Assembly (NCBI GenBank): GCA_001179505.1
Contig: CDMY01000033.1
Location: forward strand, 124,001 to 188,000
Length of the DNA stretch: 64,000 nt
Source: Vitrella brassicaformis CCMP3155
Taxonomy: Eukaryota; Protista; Chromerida
Reading direction: 5' to 3'
The notes under the pieces: generated by a model
The model's input: only the letters and a program-made list of their open reading frames with translations
The model's database searches: none
What the model was told of the DNA's origin: nothing
Shown here: piece by piece, positions 52,683 to 64,000 of the stretch
How the letters are laid out: the number at the start of each line of letters is the position of its first letter
Numbering within the stretch: the first letter of the stretch is position 1
Made by a program: the position numbers and the translations under genes

Positions 52683-53417
52683 TATACAGCCAGACAGACA
52701 GACAGAGAGGTGCACTCACTGCACAGGCAGCTAACAGACGGCTGGCTGGCTGGCCCACTGGACTGTCCAATCCGATGCAATGCGGACGGACGTAGCATCC
52801 ATCCATCCATCGATCCATCGATCCATCCACCATCCCATCCACACGGCACAGAAAGGGAAGGACGTTACTTTTTGCAAGCAGCTTTGTCATTCCGACACAC
52901 CCACAGACATGTGCGTGTGCGTGTGCGTGGTTGGTGCATGACATCAAGGTATGTGCGTTCTGCTGCCAGGGTGGGTGTTGTGTTGTGTATCATATCATAG
53001 CTTGGGCGACGATAGAGAGTCACGAGACAAATCCATGCGCTGATATGTGAAGGGCATTCTTTGTTCGATGCGGTTCATCGACATGCACAGAGGCAATCCA
53101 AATGTCGTCATGTGTGTGTGTACTGCTTGTGCGTCTGCAGACCTGACCGCTGCAGTGGCAGTTGACATACTACCACCGACCCTTGTCAAGGCAGACACAC
53201 AACACAACAGCACCCCACACGAGAATCACCACTGGCGGGACGGGATCAGCAAGCAGCACATGAGACCGCCACACCGACCATCCATCCATCGTGACATCCA
53301 TCCATCGTGACAGCAAAAAGACCACTCACGTCTGTCTGTCTGTCTGTACACAAGGAGGCTGGGCAGGTAGGCTACAACCCATCACATACACACACACACA
53401 CGACCCACCCTCATCTC

Positions 53418-54377
53418 TCATCTCTTGGCAAGTTTGCTCAGCAATGGCGCCCTACTCGGCTTCTGTTTCGCCAGCAGCCCCTCGATGCGACTCCTCGGCC
53501 CGTCCGAGCGGAGGAAGCCGTTGCCGTTGCGCGCCTTCTTGGCTACCGCATCTGCCAATGCCGCTGCGGGCGCACTGCGCTTCTTGCCGCCCGCCCCGTT
53601 GCCGCTGCCGTCGAATATCGACTGTGTCTCGATGTTCTTGCGCCTGTGGTGTTGCCGCACGGTGGCACTGGCGCCCTTGAAGCGCACGGCAGACGCCTCG
53701 ACGCGGTCCTCGTGGCTCTCGTCGAGCAGGGGCATGGCGAAGTTTTTGGGTTTGCTGTCCTCCTCCTTCTGCCGCTCGATCTCCTCCTTCTCGGACCGGA
53801 ATGTCCGCCGCAGGGCCGAGTTGAGGGCGTAGTGGTCCTCGCGATCGTCCTGCAGGTCGATGAGGGCCTCGAGTGCCGACTTCTTGGCCTCGGCCTTGCT
53901 CTTGTCGTCGGCAGTCTTCTCGAGTCTCAGCATGGGGTCAGCCCTGATGGCGGCCTGCTCCTCCTGTGACGGCAGCTCGGGCAGGTCGGCGTCCTTGGCG
54001 TCCCAGGTCTCGACCTTCTTGTGCAGGCCCTCGAGGATGACGTACTCGCACTGCTCGGGGTCGGTCTTGATGGCGAATGTGTTGTCGCAGTAGTAGCACG
54101 TCATGCGGAACTCCCAAATCTTGGTGGTGTAGTAGTTGCCGATGCACTTCTTCTCGGCGTTGAACCGCACCCCCTTGGCGATGTAGGAGCCGCACTTGGT
54201 GCAGATGCACTTGAACGGCAGCTCGAACCGGATGATGAGGATGCCCTCGTGCAGCCGCTTGGCGCGGTCGCCGAGGGCGCCGTGGGAGCCGCGGTACTTG
54301 TTGAGGGAGCCATGCTGAGGCCCGTAGGACGGACCGTAGTAGTAGTTGTCCGCACGAGCAGCCGCTAACGAGCTCAT
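53418..54377 (-). CDS. YJU2B: CWC16-family splicing factor CCDC130/YJU2B, intronless
   Basis: RADNYYY, GALGDRAKRLHEGILIIRFELPF, CTKC...IAKGVRFNAEKKCIGNYYTTKIWEFRMTCYYC and IKTDPEQCEYVI. Confidence 0.93.
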   Translation of the reverse strand: MSSLAAARADNYYYGPSYGPQHGSLNKYRGSHGALGDRAKRLHEGILIIRFELPFKCICTKCGSYIAKGVRFNAEKKCIGNYYTTKIWEFRMTCYYCDNTFAIKTDPEQCEYVILEGLHKKVETWDAKDADLPELPSQEEQAAIRADPMLRLEKTADDKSKAEAKKSALEALIDLQDDREDHYALNSALRRTFRSEKEEIERQKEEDSKPKNFAMPLLDESHEDRVEASAVRFKGASATVRQHHRRKNIETQSIFDGSGNGAGGKKRSAPAAALADAVAKKARNGNGFLRSDGPRSRIEGLLAKQKPSRAPLLSKLAKR

Positions 54378-54718
54378 GATGCCAACACAAACCGACCAAA
54401 CAACGTGTCACTGACCAACCAGCGAGAAACCTAACAAAGCCGCTCTTGCAGCAGAAACAAACACTGTCGCTCGTTTTCCTCACAGCAGCATTCCCTCTTT
54501 GTGCGAGCTGAGATTTCTCGTGAAACGTATGCCTACTGACGTGTTTCCATACTGCCTCAGGCGAAGGAATTTGACGTTCTTTCGCACTCCTGTCACAGTT
54601 CAGCACTTTCCCGTGTTGAAAACCGCTGTTATCGCTACATCCCGGCTTGTCGTGTGTTAGCACGTAGCTATCGGAGCTGTGAAGTCCCTTTGCATCGCTT
54701 GGAGGTACCGCTGACAGA

Positions 54719-56656
<1,938 letters not shown>

Positions 56657-57184
56657 GGTCCTTGTTTGACTCGAAGATAGGCAGCCAGCGGGGTAGCGGC
56701 TGGTTGATGGAGGGGGCGGGTTGGGGATGAGTGTATGGTGACAATGGTGTGCAGGAGGGGTGGCATGGTGTCGTGGACTGACTGATTCCATGTGTTGCAT
56801 GCGTGTGTCTGTATGTGGTGCCGACACACCTGTTTGCACACAAGAGAAGTACAGTGCCTCGGCCGCAGTCTTGTCAGCCGCCGTTTGGATGTCCATCATG
56901 GCGGGCTGCACCACAGCTACAAAAGCGGGTGTGTTGCAGACCGTCAAGGTGGGCTTCTCCATGGCGGCGTAAAGGGGGACGGACAGACGGATGTATCATG
57001 AATGGAAGATAGACCGACGGAGAGTGTATCTCGTTCGTACTCCGAGAATTTCGTGCCTTCACCCATGTGTGGAAACCCATGTGTCAAACCAATGTGAAAA
57101 ATGTCCAAGCCAACGCCGCCATTCGGCGTGCTCACCAAACAAAACATTGCCAGCAGCATCGACTGTAGCAAAACACGAAACTCG

Positions 57185-60100
57185 TCAGGTATCGGCCCTC
57201 TTCTGCACTCTTGCACACCTGTCTGTCTGGCGCTGGCCCCTGTTGTGGGCAAAAACGCCCACACAGGCCATCAACATCGCACCCATCGCCACGACATAGC
57301 GGGGCATTGACAAAATACACAAGACAGCAACCAACAGAATCGCGACAAAGACAGCAACAAACACCCCCCATCCACCACCCGACATCGGCGGTGTGGCGTC
57401 CCTGTCGGCGGCTGTGTGGGGCTGCATTGACTCCTGGGTAGACAAAGAGGCGGTGAACGACACGTCCACATCCCGCTTCACCAGCTTGCCGGCACTCGTC
57501 CCCTCCCCCCTCCTCTCGCGATGATGCCGCCTGCCTGGCCGTGGGGGACGGCGCCCACTGCTGCGATCCGGTCGGCCCCCCCTCTCCCCTCCCCCCTGTA
57601 GGCCAGTCGACTCCTCGAGAGGGAACTGATAGTGCTGGCTGATGTACTCCCACGCCTCCTTCCATGAGCCCACACAGCGTTCGGCACCGCCCTCATGCAG
57701 ATTGGAGGTCGGCTCGGCCCCCCAGCCCACACCCACGGGGGTCACGCCGGCGTTGCGGGCCATCTGCATGTCCAGCCTAGCATCGCCGAGAAAGAGGGCG
57801 TTCTGCTGGTCCACGCCGAGCTCCGACAGGATCTCTGTGACCATTTGTGGGTTTGGCTTGCCGAGACATTCTGTCGGTGTTCGGGAGGCCGCGAAGAGGG
57901 GCCGGAAGCCGGTTGAGTCGAGCTGCACGTTGAGGCCGCGGCGGGACTTGCCCGTGGCCACCGCCAGACGGACACCACGACGCCGGAGGGCATCAAGGAA
58001 GTTGCGGGACCCGTCGAACGGCTCAACCTGACGAAAAGAATGAAGACAATGTTGCAATGGGGACCTCTGTATGTGTATGTGTGTGTGTAGATCGATGTAC
58101 CTGTGTCTCGATTTCCCTCCAGTGTGTGCGGTATGCGGCCTTGATCTCTTCGTGCGTCTCTTGGTCATCGTCCGGACAGAGCACCAGGGGCACGTCATCG
58201 ATCGACAGGCCAATCGTCTCGCGAATCTCCCTCTCCAGACGCCTCTCGTCCATCGGCGGATCAGGCTCATGGCCACAGTCACCAGAACCATCAGCCGCCT
58301 GCCGTCTCCTCTTGTTGTCGCGAGCGGTCTTCTTGCCCTCCTTGACGGCCCTTGCCCAGCACCGGATGATCGACGTCACCGAATCGACCACAGTGCCGTC
58401 CCTGGTGCAAGAAGCATTACAGTGGCCCATGCATACACCGCTGCGCACCTGCCCCGGTCACCCACTTACCAGTCGAAGCAGACGCATCGCAGGACGGGCT
58501 TGTCGGAGACCGCCTCCCTCACATCGTGGCCGACAGCCGCCTCGTCATGACAAACATCGTCTGGCGGGTCGTTCCCCTCCTCGCCGCTAGCCCTCTCGTC
58601 CCCAGCATCCTGCTGCCCTTGGTCATCACCCGGCGGATCGGCAGATGCCGTGGCGGCCACATCGCCACTCTCCGTCGCGCCCCTGGTAGGAGCAGGGGCG
58701 TGCTGGTACACAGGGGGCTCCTCAGTGAGATCATCAAAGGAATTCCTTTGCACAGATTGGCCCTCGTCAGATGGCGACACGGGAGAGGCCATGGCGTCGG
58801 GGCATGAAGGGGAGCGCCGTGGGGTGGGGGGAAGAGACGGGGGGAGGGAGAACGACATGCTGGTACGGAGGCCGCCCAGTCTCGATACAACGATGTCCTC
58901 ATGCCCGAGACGCAACCGATCGACCTCTTTAAGAGTCAGTTCCCGCACAGGCTTGTTGTCGGGGCCCTCGACCGCGATGGATTGCGCCTCTGTCGGCTCG
59001 GGGAGGGCGCTTGTCGAGACCGTCGCCTGCTCCGGCGCCGCGCTCGTGGCAGCATCCACAGTTGAAACGGGTGTGGGTGTGGGCGCTTCCGGCACAGCTG
59101 CCGGTGGCTGCTGTGACTCTCCCTCAATCACGTCGTCCGATGCCAGTCTCCTTGTGTCGTCATAGGGGGTGGCTGTGGGCACATCAGCGACATCAGGGGC
59201 CAGGGTGATGGCCGCATAAGGGATGGCTGGGGGAGGTGTGGGTGTGGCGTGGTCAGAGGGCGACGCCTCGCTCAGGTCCAGCGACACGCATTTGTCGACC
59301 ACACTCGCCGGCCGGCTGGCACTGTCCGCCTTGCCGGAGGCTGCGGTCTTGTCCTGTGGAGACATGACAGCGTCCTCTAGGATCGCCATGATATCTTCCG
59401 CTGCCTCGTCGAAGAACGCCTCGTCGTCCATCTCACTGCCCACAACCACGTCGTGCCCTTGAGGCAGCAGCGGTGGTGGCGACACCAGCCGAGCGCCCTT
59501 GTCCCACTGGTCGTCTGCAACCACACGCGTGAACCTCTCGGTGCACGCCGTGCAGCCGCTGGGGACCATGTAAGATGGGATGGAGGAGAGGCCCTCAAAC
59601 ATGGACCCCTGGGGGGCCGACTGGTGGTTGAGCAGCTGGGACTGCAGCTGCTCAACCGTCTTGGGAGGGGAGCGGGATGACGCCGACACGGGGACGGCAG
59701 ACGCAGAGGAGAGGAAGGATATGGGAGACCCGAGGGCGTTGGTGGCGTCTGGGAGCATGGTCTCGTCGAGGGGGTGCTGCTGCAGGGTGAGCCGATTGAA
59801 CCGCTTCCATGCACGTTGGGAGGTCAGCAGATGGGGGCCGGTGGGCACGGTGAGGGTGCCATGGTGCTCTTGGTCCTCATCGATGCTGGCCTGATGGGAC
59901 TGCCACTGCCACTCCTTGTGCGCATCGATGGCGAAGGAAAGCTCCTGCCGCCTCCTGTGTGTCATGACGTAGCCGGTCGCCTCCATCTCGTTGTTCCTGG
60001 CGGACATCGGGGTGACCGACCGGGTGTTGACAGAGGGGGTGAAAGAGAACACCGACTCGACATGTTGATCATGTTGCTGCCGTGGTCTTGCCTTCTTCTG

Positions 60101-63100
60101 GCCGTCCCTGACAGGGCTGAGCACCGCAGGGGCAAAGCGGTCGAACGGCGATCGACCTATGTGTCTGGCATCCCTCAGCGGCCCCGCGTCCCACTCCACC
60201 CGCGGCACCTTGCCCTTCTCCCTCACCACTTTGCCGGTCTCGGGCACGTCTGCCGGTGTGAGCAGCAGCCCTTCCTTAGTCCGCCGCAGCGTGAAGGCCA
60301 GGCTGTCGATGGGCACCTGCATCACCGCCCTCGGCTTCCGATGAGGACGCCGCGGACGCTGGCGCGCGCGTCGAGCAGGTGACGGGGGATTCTGGGCATG
60401 CGAGGGTGCGTCGTGACGCATTGAGGGTCCTGCCGTGTAGGCCGCCGTGTGGGTCTCCTGGTCCTCCCCTCCCCAGGGCGACAGCGACACCGGCGTCTCA
60501 TCGCCTGGGACCAGAGGCACCTCGACGGGCTCGGCAGACACCACATGCGGCCCTTTCTTCCGTGAGTGGCGCCGTTTGTCCACCAGCACAGTGCCGCTCT
60601 TGCGTCTCGTCGTGTCGGGGGGCTCCGCATGCGTCCTGGGCGTCGGCTCGAGGCGTCTCTCGGCCTGGGGTAGAGCCGCAACCTTCTCATCTTCTTCTCC
60701 AACTGACTGGTCGCTGGTTGCTCTTGACGGCAGAGACGGCGACAGCGATGCCACGGTGTCGGCACGGGTGGCTCGCTGCCGCTCGGGCGGCCTCCTTGCC
60801 ATCGATGGAGCTCGTGAAGAGCCGGTCCGCCTGCGAATGTGAAGAACCGGTGACGAGACTGACCGCCTGGCCGTCGCAAACCTGACGGTCGAGGGGGTCT
60901 TGCCGGTGGATGTGGCTGACGCAGGGGAGCCTGGTGAAGCTATGGTTCGACGTGTCTTGGTGGTGCCAAGGGGGGCGCTGAGCCGAGATGCCGGTGCTGT
61001 CTTGTTAAAATCGCTCTGGTAGGACCCCCTCCCTGCTGCGACGTAGGGCGTTGGTGGCAGGCTGATGGCGTCGATGCCGCTCCGCTGCTTCCTCCTCCTC
61101 GCTGCGCCCTTGGAAGTTGGCTTGCGACGGAACGAGCGACGAGATGTTGTGATTGTCTCCTTCAGATGCACGTCCACCCACTCGGGCACCATAGCTATCT
61201 TGGAATCGAGCCGCTCAATGCCCCCGTGACCCGCCAGACGACCGAGCGACAGCCGGCCCATCCGACCCGTCAGCGACCTGCGCTTTGAGCGAGAAGGGGG
61301 GCGGGATTGCTGCCCCTGCTGTTGGTGCTGGTTGGCTGTGGATGGCCGTCTGCCCCTTGCTGCAGGGTGAGACCGCGGTGAACCGGTGGGCTCGCGTGCC
61401 GGGGGCTTGGGGGCCGCCGATGAGAGCACAGGGGGCATTGTGGACGCCTGTCCCCTCTTCTTTCTGGTCACCACCGGGGGACTCGACAATGGCAGGGATA
61501 TCCCCTTCTCGCTGGGCGGCGGTGACGGTGACGACACGTCGGGCGCCGAATGACGAAACGCGGCTGCCTTGGCCAGGGGCACCGCCTTCGCCGCAGGCTC
61601 CACATCTCTCTGCTGCGGCGTGGGGATCGTCACAGCTGCCGCATCCGTCACCTTGGCCGGTACAGCTTTTCTCGCCCGCATCAGGGGGCCGCCAGCGGTC
61701 TGCTCCACGATGCTGCCTCTGGCGATGGGGATGATGTCGACGCGTCCCGATGGCTGCACGTCGATGCCGAGGATTGCGTGCTGCGAGTCGAGCCTCTTGC
61801 TGGGAGGTGATGTGCGCTGGTCCAGGAGCTGCAGGGTTTCGGATGGAGACGTAGGACCCGCTGCGGCAGCTTCGGGCTGCATGGCTTCACGTGCAGTCTC
61901 GATGTACTCGTCGCAGAGGTCCATCATCGACCTGTGGACAACCGCACCTCCCTCCCTAAGACAGACACAGAGCCCACAAAAGGAACCATCCATCCATCCA
62001 TCCACCGATGCGCATCGATCGTCGGTCTTTTCTTGCTTACTGTGTGTGTTGGTACTGGATGTTGAAGAACATGGCAAGGTTCCAATACACCTCTGGCGCC
62101 TTGAGGCGCAAGATCTGGGAGGACGGGCACCGCTGACCCCACATACGGCTATCCATATCGGGAAACGAATACGAATAGCCAAAGCTGAGCCGCTCCCCGC
62201 CCGACTGAGAGGGCGACATCGACATCGATGCCGCCGCCGGCGACCCCCCCTCCGTCTGCGATGCAGCCATGGGCGCGACGGTCGAAAGGCTGACTCCCGT
62301 CATCTCGGCCAGGATGGTGAGGATGCCCATGAGAGTCAGGAAGGGCACCTCCCGGCCGGCGTCGCCCGCCTGTGTGGCCGAGGAGAGCACGAAGTAGGGG
62401 GGCTTGAGGGCAGGGTCCTGCCCACACTTGCCGCACGCCACAGTGACGCTCTCTGCCTGCCAGCTGCGGAGCGACTGGATGCTGCGCCGGCCGGGCTGCG
62501 TGTCTTGCAGGTGGTGCCTGTCGGTGGAGTAGAGGCCCACGGCCGCCTTGAGGCGGATGGTGGGTGAGTCTGTGAGGGGGGCGGCGCAGGAGAGAGACGG
62601 GCAGGAGAAGCCGGGAACCCCCGTGCAGCGGCGATAAATCTAGAGAGAAAGAAGCGACCAAGGACAAAGCGTCATGCGTGCACGGTTGGCTCTCCGGTTG
62701 TCGTTTGCTCTCACCTCCCAGAAGGCGATCTTGAATCCACATGTCGGGCACTGCGAGCCACACTCGACCACGTCACGCAGCGCCCCCCACAGCAACGCAT
62801 CCTCCTCCCCCTCCATCCCCGCCAGCTGCCGCATCGCCCGCTCGAAGGGCGTGTCCAACATGATCCCATTCAGCAACATCGTCAGGGCGTCGGCGAACTG
62901 CCCCGCCATCATGTTGGTGGTGCTGCGGGGCGACCGCGCCGCGCGGGCCATGTTGCGGAAGACGGGCGATGTGCCCAGGTCGGGGGAGACAGACGGTGAG
63001 GGATGAAGGCTGGGAGAGGGAGGGGGGGAGGCCGAGGAGGACGAGTGGCGGGAGGGCTGCTCGGGGCTCCCGAGCCGCAGCTGCAGCCATGGCCACCTGT

Positions 63101-64000
63101 CGCTCCCCCATGGCACCGGAAAGCGCGCGGGGTCCAGCTGCCGGACTGGGAATGGGCGGCCCTTCACAAGTAGGTCCATCAACACACTTGGGGGAAGCCC
63201 CGCCAGGTCTTCGACAGGTAAGTGTGTGGGTGGGGTGGCCGTGGTGTCGTCCATGGGCATGACGATTGTCGTCTCCACCATGTCCCTTTTGGCCATTTCC
63301 CTCTTGACCCACTCACGGAACCCCGATATGTTGCCGAACTCATACACAGGCCCCTCAGCAGCAGGGGTGGCCACACTCGTCCCCCTGGTGGACGTCCTCG
63401 AGCGTGGCGCCGTGGTGGTCCCGTCGGCTGCCTCGAGCAGGTCGCCGCCTGTGTGTGACGATGGGCTCGGGACGGGTGTGGACGAGGGGGTGGCGCTGCG
63501 GACACGGCGAGTGCTCGGGGGTGCGTCTGCGGCTGAAGTGGCGTCCTTTCTGAGGGGACTGCTGCCGGTTGCTGGGGTGGGCTCGACCCTCGACACACAG
63601 CTGGAGCTGAGCAGGGAAATAGACAGACAAAAAGGCATGTTGATGCACCCAATCCATCCTTCGAGGTGTTTGGGTGTGATGTGGCTGGCCTACTTGAATC
63701 GACTGCAGAGGCTGCCGAAGAATGCCGCTGCCCTTGCGGCCTCGGGCGTGGGGTGATGGTGGCGGTGATGGCTCTCCGCCTCCCTCCTGCCTGGCGACGC
63801 ATCACGGCTGCTGGGGCGACCATGGCTCCTGCACCACCATCACACAACAAACGCATCAAAAGCAAAGCAAGTCTACGCATTGTTGCCACCGAGTAGAGCA
63901 ACGGGCGACCTGACCTGATGAATATCTCCCATGCGTTGGTCTGCATCAGCCCTCGCACAAAGGGCTCGGCCGTCTCCAACCCACGACTGAAGAAACGCAC
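57185..64000 (-). CDS. Large protein (5' end outside window): dDENN-like segment, DENND4-type Cys-rich module, about 1150 aa low-complexity exon, HAD phosphatase (Gph-like) and C-terminal hydrophobic hairpin
   Basis: EPFVRGLMQTNAWEIFIR (dDENN-like); CGSQCPTC...ACGKCG...EVPFLT...PEVYWNLAMFF (DENND4 C-terminal-like); exon 61931-58470 is open and splices in frame to form CFDWDGTVVDS, followed by ATGKSRRGL, KPNPQM and FLGDARLDMQMARNAG. The HAD call is strong; the DENN call is by eye. Confidence 0.7.

Overview
Intron-rich, GC-rich eukaryotic scaffold. CA/GT, GGAT and CAGA microsatellite introns, an apicomplexan-like IMPDH and a bipartite plastid leader point to a chromerid alveolate such as Vitrella brassicaformis (inference). 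About 14 spliced genes were reconstructed by hand: eukaryote-type AspRS with a plastid-type leader (5' part only), phosphatidylserine synthase, BIG/Sec7 Arf-GEF, SDHAF2, an OMS1-like methyltransferase, two microbial rhodopsins, RBBP4/MSI1, an FG-nucleoporin, IMPDH, a triple-CCCH protein, NUB1, CCDC130/YJU2B, a 5-unit polyubiquitin, and a DENN-like protein whose frame runs into a HAD phosphatase. A decayed kinase/Tudor-like locus lies behind a perfect 42-bp palindrome. There are three 300-N assembly gaps. The main finding is a head-to-head pair of paralogous 8-TM type-1 rhodopsins (352 and about 720 aa) whose start codons are 237 bp apart. Both keep the retinal Lys and the two counterion carboxylates and end in a matching LKLQL coiled coil, but neither has an enzyme or channel domain, and their retinal pockets differ sharply. 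This suggests a co-regulated, possibly heterodimeric photoreceptor module. All exon models and family calls are manual and need RNA-seq and HMM confirmation.
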